DNA of 44,664 nt from assembly GCA_050012475.1 (NCBI GenBank), contig JBEKHC010000036.1, positions 1 through 44,664 of the forward strand, in the 5' to 3' direction. Below the pieces are notes generated by a model, which was given only the letters and a program-made list of their open reading frames with translations, had not been told where the DNA came from and searched no databases. The DNA comes from Candidatus Velthaea sp. Lineage in GTDB: Bacteria; Vulcanimicrobiota; Vulcanimicrobiia; Vulcanimicrobiales; Vulcanimicrobiaceae. Below, piece after piece: positions 26,964-36,699 of this stretch (positions within the stretch are counted from its first letter, which is position 1; every line of letters begins with the position of its first letter). The position numbers and the translations under genes are program-made.

Positions 26964-28754
26964 ATGATCCATCCAGCGCCGGGCTCACGTCCTGCAGGCG
27001 ACACGTCACCTGCGATCGGCCCGATTGAGATTGCCCCGAGAATCTGGTGGGTCGGCTGCTCTGTGCCGGGGGATCGCTTTCAGTGTCACAGCTACCTGAT
27101 CGAACATGGCGATCAGTCGGTTCTGCTCGATCCCGGTTCCGTTTTGACGTGGCCGCAGGTCCGCCGCCAAGTGGACGCGATCGTCGGCCTGCACAACGTC
27201 AGATATTTCGTTTGCCATCATCCTGATCCCGACATCGCCGCCTCGTTGCCTGCCATCGATGCTCAAGTTACCCGGTCCGACGCGGTCGTTGTGACCCAGT
27301 GGCGCGCCGAAGAATTGCTCAAACACTACGGACTGAGCCTGTCGTTCTGGCGTGTCGAGGAACATGAATGGCGTCTCGACCTTGGCGGTCGTCGTTTGCG
27401 CTTCGTGTCCACACCCTACTGTCATTTCCCGGGCGCCTTTGTCACCCTGGACGAGGCGACCGGCACGCTCTTCTCCTCGGATCTGTTCGGAGGTTTCTGC
27501 GAGCCCTGGTCGCTCTATGCGCAAGATGAACAGTACTTTGAACAAATGCGGCCGTTCCACGAACACTACATGCCCAGCCGTGAAATTTTGGGATATACGT
27601 TGGCGCGACTGGAGCAGTTGCCCATCGATCTGATTGCTCCCCAACATGGGTCGATCATACCGAAGCGGTTGACGCGGTTCATGATCGAACGGCTCAAAGA
27701 ACTCGAGTGCGGTATCTACCTCATTACCGATGAAACCACGGACATTCGGCGACTCAGCAAACTCAATCGTGCGCTTCACGACGTGACCGAGACGTTGATG
27801 ATGAAGCATGATTTTGCCGACCTTGGCTGCGAACTCCTCGAAATAGTTCGACGCTATCTGCCCGCGCGGAGTTTGGAGTGCTTCGCGGCAGTCGACCGGG
27901 GCGAGGTGCTCGCACTGGTTTCCGAACATCGCTATCATGGGATGCGAATCCCGATGCCGCCCGCGCTTGCACCAATCTTTGGAACAACGCAAACGCGATG
28001 GACAGCAACCACTGGAGCGAGCTTTGCCTATGGCACTTGGCCGCTTGGACAACCCGACGGCGAGCCAACCCTGATCGTGCCGCTGTTTTCCCCGATGAAT
28101 CGCACGGCTGAGGGTGTCGCTATCGTTCGGCTTGAGCGATCATTACAGCACCGCGCCGAGGTGGATGCACTTTGCGCCCAGTTCAGTGCGCCTTTGCAGG
28201 TCGCGGTCGATCGTCAGCGCGTTCTTTGCTTGACCGACCTCGCGCGCGAGAACTCATATCAGCAAGCTATTCGTGACCCGTTGACGGGTTTGTTCACCCG
28301 CCTGTACATGGCGCAGGAACTCCCTCGGCTGTGTGCACTTCAGGATCGTGGCGCGGGCGGAGCGGTCGGGTTGATCATGCTCGACATCGATTGGTTTAAA
28401 ACGATTAACGACCGCTTCGGTCATATGGCCGGTGACGCGGTTCTCGTTGCCGTGGCAAAAGTGTTCTTGCAGTGTCGCGCGAGTGACGTGCCGGTTCGGT
28501 TCGGCGGCGACGAGTTCGCGATTTTCACGGTGGGCGCAGATAACCGCACCTACGCCGAGCGCCTTCGCGCACAGGTCGCCCAGTTGACGATTTCCGGTTC
28601 CGGCTTCGCGGGCGCAAGCGTGACAGTGAGTTGCGGCGTCGCCTCGCGCGCGCGCAATGAGCCCATCGACGCCCTCATCACCCGAGCTGACCGGGCCCTG
28701 TACCGCGCAAAACAAAACGGCCGAAATCGCGGCTGCTGCGACGTTGAGGAATGA
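26964..28754 (+). CDS. Diguanylate cyclase with N-terminal MBL-fold ODP-like (di-iron) sensor
   Basis: HHPDPD, HFPG, SSDLFG, PQHG metal ligands; DPLTGL, DIDWFKTIND, I-site RASD, RFGGDEF, ADRALYRAK. Confidence 0.9.
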   Translation: MIHPAPGSRPAGDTSPAIGPIEIAPRIWWVGCSVPGDRFQCHSYLIEHGDQSVLLDPGSVLTWPQVRRQVDAIVGLHNVRYFVCHHPDPDIAASLPAIDAQVTRSDAVVVTQWRAEELLKHYGLSLSFWRVEEHEWRLDLGGRRLRFVSTPYCHFPGAFVTLDEATGTLFSSDLFGGFCEPWSLYAQDEQYFEQMRPFHEHYMPSREILGYTLARLEQLPIDLIAPQHGSIIPKRLTRFMIERLKELECGIYLITDETTDIRRLSKLNRALHDVTETLMMKHDFADLGCELLEIVRRYLPARSLECFAAVDRGEVLALVSEHRYHGMRIPMPPALAPIFGTTQTRWTATTGASFAYGTWPLGQPDGEPTLIVPLFSPMNRTAEGVAIVRLERSLQHRAEVDALCAQFSAPLQVAVDRQRVLCLTDLARENSYQQAIRDPLTGLFTRLYMAQELPRLCALQDRGAGGAVGLIMLDIDWFKTINDRFGHMAGDAVLVAVAKVFLQCRASDVPVRFGGDEFAIFTVGADNRTYAERLRAQVAQLTISGSGFAGASVTVSCGVASRARNEPIDALITRADRALYRAKQNGRNRGCCDVEE

Positions 28755-29235
28755 AAAAAAGCTTGGCGCGTCACGAGGCCCGGCAAGCCTCGCCGGTTCG
28801 TCAACTCGATGATCGTTCCGAACCTGCCGCAAGAGTGGCCGCGAATGATCTGGCGCAAATCGCCCCGGCGGACGGACATGCGGCGTCGTAGCAGTCGCCA
28901 CCGCCCTCGGCCCTTGTTTGAGCTTCTCGCCCTGATTCACTCCTAGCGAGGAATATAGCGGCGAAGTCCAGGGCAAAACCGGAGTATCGCACGTGTGGTG
29001 TCTCAGAAGTTCGCATACATCCCGCTCGTCTTTTCGGCCGGCTCATCGTCGTTCTTCGGTAACCGTATCTACGGCTTCGCCGGTGCACCGAGCGAAGCCG
29101 AGGGCACCCATCTCATCACTCCTCGATCCGAACGAAAATCCTTCGCGATCTTTTGCATGGAGCTTCTAAGACACGACACCTAGGTTGCTGCCATGTCTGA
29201 CGCAGAATATGCGGCGAGCGACGCTCGGAAAAGGG

Positions 29236-29529
29236 ATGAAGGCATTCGTGAATGGCTTGTTAAGCGTTGAAGTAAGAATTCTCGACGAGCGCGTTCGCGA
29301 ATGGGGTTTACCGAAATACCACAGTGAGATGGCCGCAGGCATCGATTTATTCGCTTGCCTTGAGCATCATGTGAATATCGAGCCCCAAGCCCCCGCGCTC
29401 TTGGTGCCGCCCGGCATTGCGGTGCATATCGGCGATGCAGGGTATGCGGGACTCGTTGTCCCCAGATCTGGCCTCGGCCATCGAAGTGGCCTGGTGCTTG
29501 GTAACCTCGTAGGCGTGATCGATGCAGAC
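29236..29529 (+). pseudogene. dut: Displaced 5' half of dUTPase gene (motifs 1-3)
   Basis: AAGIDL, PRSGLG, GVIDAD, then abrupt loss of homology at 29530; the ORF runs on to a stop at 29592. Confidence 0.9.
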
Positions 29530-29590
29530 ATTTATGATACTTACATTTGGGTGAAACCCGGGCCCACTGAACTAACGCAGCAAACCATAT

Positions 29591-29798
29591 AGTTGAGGTC
29601 ACTGCCCGTCTATGACGCGAGCAGAGATTGCGCTTCCTCGCCCACCACAGCCCCTGAAGCAGGAAACCTAATAACGACCGGCATTTGCGCGAGCAACGCA
29701 TGCGGACGCGCCTGAGGGTGCAAGCCACAGTTGAGCTCACTGACCGTCTACCACGCGGCCAGAGATTCCGCTTCCTCGCCCACCACAACCCCTGAAGC
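29591..29798. repeat. Two imperfect 70-bp direct repeats (29591-29660, 29729-29798)
   Basis: AGTTGAG(G/C)TCACTG(C/A)CCGTCTA...CAGAGATT(G/C)CGCTTCCTCGCCCACCACA(G/A)CCCCTGAAGC; period 138 bp. Confidence 0.9.
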
Positions 29799-30245
29799 GG
29801 CGAATATGAATGGACTCTCTCGAACATATGAAGCCTGCTCCACTATGTTCACCGCTGCTGTCGCGACATCGGCTCCCAAAATAGGGTCACCGCGATGGAT
29901 CCCGTCTAGGGCGACGGTCATGCGAAAAGGCGGCAAATGGGTGATGATGCACGGCAGATGTTCCAGCCGGTGCGGTGCGTCAAACTGGATCGCAGTCGAT
30001 AACCTGCGCGTCTAAAGATGGCAAATTGCTGAAGCATTGGGACGTGCTGCAAGACGAAGCGACAAAGGCCGAATCGAAAAGCGGGCTTTCGATGTTCGAT
30101 GTTCGGCGATACCGGCCCGCATAATCGTCTATGCCGGCGCGCTATCGACGAGCGACGTGGCGAAGTCCGCGACTGTCTTGTACTTCACGAGGGCGTGTGG
30201 GCGTTATACCGACATCAGCCGTCTCGTCCGCTTTGTTTCGCCGTG

Positions 30246-30424
30246 TACATTGCCCCACTCCGTGCCGCCGGCCCAGCTCCACAAAGGTCGCGCCGGCATC
30301 GTGTTCCTTGAGGATCGAGACGATTTGCGTCTCCCTGAATCGAGACTCCGCATTTGGTTTCCTTTCGGCCCTTTGGCCTGGGAACCCACGGTTTCAGGCG
30401 ACCCGGATCTCGGGGGCTACGTCA
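30246..30424 (-). mobile_element. IS3-family (IS407-group) remnant: left end plus frameshifted orfA start
   Basis: End TGACGTAGCCCCCGAGATCC; MR/SRFRETQIVSILKEHDAGATFVELGRRHGV. Confidence 0.8.
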
Positions 30425-30687
30425 CTGATCCCAGGAGCCGAAGTGCGCCGAGTCTGAAGCGCAGGCTGTCGTCGTGCCTTTATCGCCCGATGTGCCCTCA
30501 GTTCTGCTAGTGCGACGTGGCCTGCTGTTACTTCCCGGACGTATTCATCGGCAACTCTCGCTCGACCGAACCGTTGCGCTGAGAATATTTGTGGACATTA
30601 CCACGAAGAAGTCGAGCCCGGGAAGAACGCGGAGAGAAGCAACGGGGAACGACGTGGTGGGTCAGTAAATGGGCGAGAATGATGCTC

Positions 30688-30790
30688 ATTGGAGCTGGAT
30701 TGACCGAACGCCATCGGCAAGCCGCTCATGCCTTCATGGCCAATAATGCCGACTTCAGCCGTCTCGCCGGCGGGCATCTCGAGCACCCTG
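30688..30790 (-). pseudogene. Crp/Fnr-family regulator fragment
   Basis: GETAEVGIIGHEGMSGLPMAFG is a cNMP-domain segment lacking the rest of the gene. Confidence 0.65.
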
Positions 30791-30797
30791 TCGCGCG

Positions 30798-31424
30798 TTA
30801 GCGCGGCACTCGCGCGCGCCCCGGCGCGGTCCGCTTTAGGTCGCCGCCGACCGCTCGCCAGATGAGCGTGGCCGTGCGCTCGGCCCAGTTGTGCGGCGGC
30901 TTTGCCCCGGTCAGCGCGCGCGCATACCATGAACCGGTTCCCAGCGTGACCGCCACCTCCAGGTCGGCATCATCGTCGATGAGCGCGAAAGCCCGCGCCC
31001 GCTCTAAGATTGCACTGATACGGGCGCGGCGTGGAGCGACGACCCGCGCGCGATAGTCGGCCAGCAGATCGGCCGCGGTGCTGTCTTGCAGCATCGTGCC
31101 AACCAGCGACATGCGCCCCGGACGCGAGACGCCCCGCGCAAAGTCGGCAAGCTCGTTGATCAGATCGGTCAGCGGGCTCTTCGTCGGCGCGGCGGGGCGA
31201 TGATCGATTGCGGGCGGCAGAGCGGCCGCTGCCAAGCTAGCCTTGTCTGGCCAGCGCCGATACAACGCTTGCCGAGTGGTACCCGCCTCGGCGGCAACGG
31301 CGGCCAACGACATCGCTTCGTAACCCAGCGTCGAGAGATGGTGATTCGCCACCGTGAGCACCCGGGCATCGATATCGGGATCGCGCATACGGCCTTGCCG
31401 GCGACTTGACATCTCTCGACTCAT
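30798..31424 (-). CDS. TetR/AcrR-family regulator
   Basis: GYEAMSLAAVAAEAGTTRQALYRRWPDK HTH. Confidence 0.93.
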   Translation of the reverse strand: MSREMSSRRQGRMRDPDIDARVLTVANHHLSTLGYEAMSLAAVAAEAGTTRQALYRRWPDKASLAAAALPPAIDHRPAAPTKSPLTDLINELADFARGVSRPGRMSLVGTMLQDSTAADLLADYRARVVAPRRARISAILERARAFALIDDDADLEVAVTLGTGSWYARALTGAKPPHNWAERTATLIWRAVGGDLKRTAPGRARVPR

Positions 31425-31430
31425 GAGAAT

Positions 31431-31456
31431 ACATTACAGTACCGTATTGTAAATGT
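31431..31456. promoter_or_regulatory. Palindromic operator, probably bound by the TetR protein
   Basis: TTACAGTAC-C-GTATTGTAA inverted repeat in an AT-rich patch between divergent genes. Confidence 0.65.
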
Positions 31457-31594
31457 CGAGCAGAAAGCAGGCGGAGGGATGACTTCCAACCCGGTGCAAA
31501 TCGTCGCAGAACCAAACGAACCCCAGCTACGAACCGTGCGCCCGACCCAGTGCGCCGTTTTAGCGGGTCTGCGCGAAGTGGCGGCCGCCGGAAC

Positions 31595-32365
31595 GTGAGT
31601 CTGCGCGATCCGAACTCCGTAAGCTCGGCGCATCCGAAACGCGTCGCCATCGTTACTTCCAACCCGGCTGTTTCCAGCACCACAGGTTGGCCGGTGGGTT
31701 TTTGGTGGAGCGAATTAACCCACCCCTATTTCCTGCTTACCGAGGCGGGATACGAGGTCGAGATTTTCAGTCCGAACGGGGGCCGGTGCGAAGCTGACGC
31801 GATGTCGGATCCGCGCGACGCTTCCCGCTACTCCGAATCGGATATCATCAGCCTCGGCTTTCTCTCGACTCCGAAGCTGGCTTCGCTTGTGGAGGCAACG
31901 CGCCGGGTTGATGAGATCGAGCTTTCCCGCTTCGATGCCATTCTCGTAGCCGGCGGCCAAGCGCCAATGTTCACATTCAAGAAGGCTATTTCATTGCAAC
32001 GTAAGTTTGTCGAGTTCTACGAGGCGGGGAAGCTTACTTGCGCGCTTTGTCATGGCGTGGCGATCCTTCGTTACGCTCAAGGTTCAGACGGATCTTTCCT
32101 TGCAAGAGGCAAGACGATCACAGGTTTCGCCAATATCGAAGAAGATTTCGCGGACAATGCCGTTTGGAATATGAACTTACTGGCGAGAGATAAGCACATC
32201 ATGCCGTGGCGGATCGAAGACGAACTGAAAAAGATCGGTGCGAATTACGTGAACGCTGGGCTTTGGCGCGGATGCGCGATCCGCGACGGCAATTTAATCA
32301 CCGGGCAGCAGAATTTTTCTGGGCTCGAGACGGCTAGTTTGCTCATCGAAACCCTTGGGCGATAA
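31595..32365 (+). CDS. DJ-1/PfpI (type 1 glutamine amidotransferase-like, Hsp31-type) protein
   Basis: GFWWSELTHPY, AGGQAPM, nucleophile ALCHG, DGNLITGQQ. GTG start at 31595. Confidence 0.9.
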   Translation: MSLRDPNSVSSAHPKRVAIVTSNPAVSSTTGWPVGFWWSELTHPYFLLTEAGYEVEIFSPNGGRCEADAMSDPRDASRYSESDIISLGFLSTPKLASLVEATRRVDEIELSRFDAILVAGGQAPMFTFKKAISLQRKFVEFYEAGKLTCALCHGVAILRYAQGSDGSFLARGKTITGFANIEEDFADNAVWNMNLLARDKHIMPWRIEDELKKIGANYVNAGLWRGCAIRDGNLITGQQNFSGLETASLLIETLGR

Positions 32366-32410
32366 CTAATCCGTCTTTTCCTTGGCTTCTTTTTTACGTT
32401 GAAGGAGTTT

Positions 32411-32749
32411 ATGCGAGTCATTGCTTACGACCGGTTTCGCGAAGGCGTTACGCTCGAGACCATTGGGCCGTATCTCAACGAAGAGGTTGCGAATGTGTGG
32501 CGCTTGTGGAAAGCCGATATCGTTCGAGAGAACTATGCTCGTGCTGATGAACCCGGCGTCGTGATCGTCTTTGAAGTCGACGATGTTGCAACCGCGAAGA
32601 AGTACACTGATGACTTTCCACTGAGTAAACGCGGGCTCATCGAATGGAACTTTATCGCGCTGGAAGCGCCGCTGCCGGTCGAAACGCTTTTTCGTCGCGA
32701 TGTCGACGTTTCGGAGCCGTACGACCGGACGAGGCCTGCGACGCGATAG
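32411..32749 (+). CDS. Small dimeric alpha/beta-barrel (muconolactone-isomerase-like) protein
   Basis: EEVANVWRLWKADIVRENYARAD..GVVIVFE...FPLSKRGLI; SD AAGGAG. Confidence 0.6.
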   Translation: MRVIAYDRFREGVTLETIGPYLNEEVANVWRLWKADIVRENYARADEPGVVIVFEVDDVATAKKYTDDFPLSKRGLIEWNFIALEAPLPVETLFRRDVDVSEPYDRTRPATR

Positions 32750-32764
32750 GGTGCGAGGCCGGCG

Positions 32765-33400
32765 ATGAAGCAAGGCTACGGACTGCTTATTCCTGAGGCG
32801 CTCGCTGATCTCTGCGATCCCGCTCGCACCGCGATAATCATCTACGACATGCAGCGTGGGATCGTACCGCAAGTTTCGACAGGGCCTCAGCTCGTCGACG
32901 GTTGTCGCGCGCTGCTTACTCGCGCTCGCCCGGCGGGCTTTCGCATCTTTTATACGCGGCACATCTCCTTGCCTAATCGAGCAGCCGGCGTGGCTCAGCT
33001 TCGGCGCGCGATGATTTGGCAACGCGTTGACGAGGCGGTTGGTACCCAACCGGCGTTCTTGCCGGACTCGGCGTCGGCACAGATCGTAGCGGAACTATGC
33101 CCGCAGCAAGGTGACGTGATTATCGATAAAATCACGATGTCTGCCTTTGAAGGGACGTACTTAAACATCGCCTTGCGCGACCTCGGCATCTCGGCTATTG
33201 CTATCGCTGGCATCGCCTTGGAAGTGGGCATCGAACCGACGATTCGGCACGCTCTGGACCTTAATTACGTTCCCATCCTGTTTCTGGACCTCTGCGGTTC
33301 CCGCTCCGACGACCTTCGTGAGCGTTCGATTTCGACCTTACAGCAGACGAGCGAAGTCTTGATGCCCTCCAGTGCAGACTGGCTTAGCTTGTTCCCATAG
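32765..33400 (+). CDS. Isochorismatase/cysteine-hydrolase family protein
   Basis: IIYDMQ, DKITMSAFEGT, GIALEVGIEPT. Confidence 0.88.
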   Translation: MKQGYGLLIPEALADLCDPARTAIIIYDMQRGIVPQVSTGPQLVDGCRALLTRARPAGFRIFYTRHISLPNRAAGVAQLRRAMIWQRVDEAVGTQPAFLPDSASAQIVAELCPQQGDVIIDKITMSAFEGTYLNIALRDLGISAIAIAGIALEVGIEPTIRHALDLNYVPILFLDLCGSRSDDLRERSISTLQQTSEVLMPSSADWLSLFP

Positions 33401-33442
33401 AACGGAACACAGTCGTGAGCCCCGTTTACGCACGCGAAAACC

Positions 33443-35470
33443 TTGCGGCAGGCGCATAGCGCGGATCCGTATTCAGCAGCAGCCGCTGATGATGGAAGAC
33501 TCGAGCTGACCGTGCGCCACGCTGCGGACCTGGGATACGCCCCAATCCTTGTTATCGATGCATACGGCTCGGTTAAGAAAGTGGCTGGAGCAAGCTCCCT
33601 GGCAAGCCTTGTCGCGTTTGGCGATTCACTGCAGACCGATACCAAGCCATCTTTCCGCTTCTACGCCGTCAAGGTGCGGCACCTCAGAAAGGATAGCGCC
33701 TTGGAACATGCTACGGAACTGGAGGGGCTGCTGAAGGCAGCACGTTCGCTGCAGGCCAAGGCCGCAGCGGAGACGTCTCACCCGGAAAACCTGGTGGATC
33801 GCCTCGAAGCGTCGGTAACGCGGCCGCTTGCGAAGCTGCTCGGCGTGGCCGACGTGCCGGCGGTTTCCGAGCTGCCGGCGGCGCAAGGTCGCACCCTCGA
33901 CATGGCTTTATGGGATCTCACGCGATGTGCGACGGAGCTTTGCGTGCGCGACTGCCCGGCGGAACTTATGGAGGCTACGGCCGGACTTCAAGCGTTGGCC
34001 TGCCGAGCGCACTCGGGCGATGAAAGTCCTCGCGGCATCGAGCTGCGCGCGCTTCTCGCGCATCAGCCGCCCGCCATTCGAATCGAGTCGAAAGGTCCGC
34101 TACTGGTCACAAACGTCGAGAATATCTACGACTGGCTCGGCCTACCGCTCCCGGCCCATCCGCTCACTGCCCTTTGCCGATGCGGCGCTTCGGCGATGAA
34201 ACCATACTGCGATGGAAGCCATGCGCGTAACTTCGACGACGCAAAAGACCCTGCTCGCGTCGCGGATCGCCGCGACACGTATGTCGGTCAGCAAGTGATG
34301 ATTCTCGATAACCGCGGGACGTGCCAGCACTCGGGCTTCTGTACCGACCGGCTCTCAACGGTATTCCGGCTGCACCAAGAGCCGTTCGTCGCTCCGAGCG
34401 GCGGGCGCATGGACGAAATCATCCGAGTGGTGCGCGACTGCCCCTCAGGCGCACTCAGTTACGCGATCGACGGCATCGAGTCGCGCGGCGACGTCGATTA
34501 CCACGGAAAGCGCGCATCGAGTATCGAGGTTTCTAAGGACGGCCCGTATCGCGTGACCGGCGCGATCGCCCTGTTCGACGCGGACGGCGATCCCGTCGTG
34601 CGCAACGCCGGCGCCTCGACCGAGCACTACACACTCTGCCGCTGCGGTCACGCGCAGAACAAACCATTCTGCACGGGCATGCATTGGGCCATCGAGTTTC
34701 GCGATCCGGTCCCGGCCACGGATCGTGCGCCGACGATCTTCGAGTGGGCGGGCGGCCTCCCCGCGCTCACACGAATGACGCGTCTCTTCTACGAAAAGTT
34801 CGTTCCCGCCGACGATCTGCTGGCTCCGGTCTTCGCGAACATGTCGGCCGACCACCCGCAACGCGTTGCTAAATGGCTCGCCGAGGTGTTCTGTGGTCCG
34901 AATTGCTACAGCGAAGACTTCGGCGGTTATGCTCGCATGATTTCAGAGCACCTCGGAAGGTGCCTGACGGAAGAGATGCGCGCGCGCTGGGTCGCGCTCT
35001 TGCAGCAATCGGCGCGCGAGGCGGGTCTCCCAAACGACGCCGAGTTTCGCTCCGCGTTTGCGTCGTATCTTGAATGGGGCTCGCGCTTGGCCGTTGAAAA
35101 CTCACATGTCGAGTCCCGCCCGCCGCTGCACATGCCCATGCCGCGATGGGATTGGACCACAAGTGCCGGACCGCCGGGAAGCCGCATCTCAGCACTCGCG
35201 CCCGCCAACGATCCAGCAGACGTTGCGCCCGTTCTGCCGGGTTCCAACGAAACGGTCGAGTTTGGGAAACACATTAAAGGACTCTTCCGCGATCGTGATC
35301 GTAGGTCGATGAAGTTCGCCTTCGACCTCGGATCATATGCCGATGTGAGTGCGCACGCTGATGGGATTCTCGAGCGCGTGCGAAACGGCACGATGCCGTG
35401 TGACGGCGCGTGGCCTCAAGAACGCGTCGAGGTTTTTGCGCGATGGATTGCGGGCGGAAAGCTCGCTTGA
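33443..35470 (+). CDS. CDGSH 2Fe-2S / ferredoxin / CDGSH / group II truncated haemoglobin fusion (possibly 5'-truncated)
   Basis: LCRCGASAMKPYCDGSH; CQHSGFC...CPSGAL; LCRCGHAQNKPFCTGMH; TIFEWAGG...HPQRVAKWLAEVF...MISEH; C-terminal MPCDGAW domain. True start unclear. Confidence 0.8.
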   Translation: MRQAHSADPYSAAAADDGRLELTVRHAADLGYAPILVIDAYGSVKKVAGASSLASLVAFGDSLQTDTKPSFRFYAVKVRHLRKDSALEHATELEGLLKAARSLQAKAAAETSHPENLVDRLEASVTRPLAKLLGVADVPAVSELPAAQGRTLDMALWDLTRCATELCVRDCPAELMEATAGLQALACRAHSGDESPRGIELRALLAHQPPAIRIESKGPLLVTNVENIYDWLGLPLPAHPLTALCRCGASAMKPYCDGSHARNFDDAKDPARVADRRDTYVGQQVMILDNRGTCQHSGFCTDRLSTVFRLHQEPFVAPSGGRMDEIIRVVRDCPSGALSYAIDGIESRGDVDYHGKRASSIEVSKDGPYRVTGAIALFDADGDPVVRNAGASTEHYTLCRCGHAQNKPFCTGMHWAIEFRDPVPATDRAPTIFEWAGGLPALTRMTRLFYEKFVPADDLLAPVFANMSADHPQRVAKWLAEVFCGPNCYSEDFGGYARMISEHLGRCLTEEMRARWVALLQQSAREAGLPNDAEFRSAFASYLEWGSRLAVENSHVESRPPLHMPMPRWDWTTSAGPPGSRISALAPANDPADVAPVLPGSNETVEFGKHIKGLFRDRDRRSMKFAFDLGSYADVSAHADGILERVRNGTMPCDGAWPQERVEVFARWIAGGKLA

Positions 35471-35789
35471 AATAGAGATGTTCGTTCGGTTGCCAAATCG
35501 AGACCTCCGGCCGTCGGCGAACATCGACGCTGTCTTCGCATTCAGCGTGCTGGACAACCTTGTCGGCGATTAACGGTGCACGAAACTCTTGTCAACGACG
35601 GCGACGTTGCGCGCCCTAAGATGAGTGGGCGCCAGCCGCGGCGGCGCGCCGTCGTTCGGACGGGGCGACGTACCCGCAACGTTCGAGCGACGCGCTTGTG
35701 ATCTGCTCGGTGCCGCGCTCGATCGCGTCGAGCGCGGCCCGGCACAGCAGCGCTGGGATCTACCCGATGATCCCCTGCGACAGACTCAG

Positions 35790-35885
35790 GATCCCGAGCT
35801 GCAGCGGTATTCCACGATCCCTTACCGCAACACGACGCACCCGGCGATCAGCATCTGGGAACTGCGCGGCGGCATCAAATACGCG
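35790..35885 (+). mobile_element. TniA/TnsB (Mu-type) transposase C-terminal fragment
   Basis: DPELQRYSTIPYRNTTHPAISIWELR resembles the IPYR..xHPxIxxWE segment of Tn5053/Tn7-like transposases. Confidence 0.65.
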
Positions 35886-36191
35886 AATCGACGAGCCTGC
35901 CCGGTTTAGCGCCGCCACCTCATCACCGTGGAGCATGGGTTTCGATCGCCTTGACGACAGCTGCGGAACTTTCGTCCATAAGATAGTGCCCGCAGATAGT
36001 GCCCGCCTGGCAGCATGACTATCGTCACCCGGGACCAACCGTGCGCGCGCAAGTCTGCAGCCAGGGGCTTCAGGGCGGGGCCGATACCCTTCTCGCCACC
36101 GACAACTGCAATGGGTATGCGGACGGCATCACGATGAGCGCGATCGAAGGCGGCGTCGGCAGGAATCGCGCGGTAGCCGCCAAGACTTCAT

Positions 36192-36557
36192 ATGAGAATT
36201 GCTGGAAAAGTCGATAAAAATACGCTTAAGCAGCCATATCATGCAGAACTCATGAAAGCCGTCGATGCCTTCATAAGTAGTAACTCAATCTCAGTATCTG
36301 AGCCGGGCGCAAAAAGCATGACGGAAACGCATGATCTGGGCCACTATGCGCAACTCCTTTTGGCTGCGCAGATTACGCGAGATGCAGCAGAGGCGGAAAC
36401 GGAAAAGATGAGGGCTCGCGTTGATGCCCTGGAAGAAGAGGTGCGTACCCTTAGGACAGAGTTCTCCGCTTCTCGGCCCCCGGGTGCTGACGTTCTGCCT
36501 ATAAGAAAGACGTTGTCGGAAGAATTGGACGCTGCGCGTAGACGATGTAAAAGCTGA
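36192..36557 (+). CDS. Small coiled-coil protein, possibly a TnpC/GinD-like integrase accessory (may be 5'-truncated)
   Basis: HTH-like 'AGKVDKNTLKQPYHAEL', coiled coil, 'DVLPIR' tail; AT-rich; adjacent to the island end. Confidence 0.45.
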   Translation: MRIAGKVDKNTLKQPYHAELMKAVDAFISSNSISVSEPGAKSMTETHDLGHYAQLLLAAQITRDAAEAETEKMRARVDALEEEVRTLRTEFSASRPPGADVLPIRKTLSEELDAARRRCKS

Positions 36558-36699
36558 AAGGTTATAAGTTAGGGGAGGTAGGAAGGCTCCGAGGAGTTCA
36601 GCTCGGCTAAGAGTTGCAACGTTGAGCCCAGTTCCGCGGGAACCGAGGCGACACAAGAGATTTCGCAATGAAAAACGCGTTGAGGGGCTGAGAAAAGTC

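Noticed and set aside
28755..29183. Short ORFs between the cyclase and the dut fragment
   Set aside because: No clear SD, motif or consistent coding bias.
29591..29798. CRISPR array or protein repeat (ORF 29180-29827)
   Set aside because: Only two 70-bp units; the spanning ORF is antisense to dut and resembles no family I know.
33200..33245. Missing catalytic Cys in the isochorismatase-family protein
   Set aside because: Cys-to-Gly at this position is common in some subfamilies, so it is not evidence of novelty or decay.
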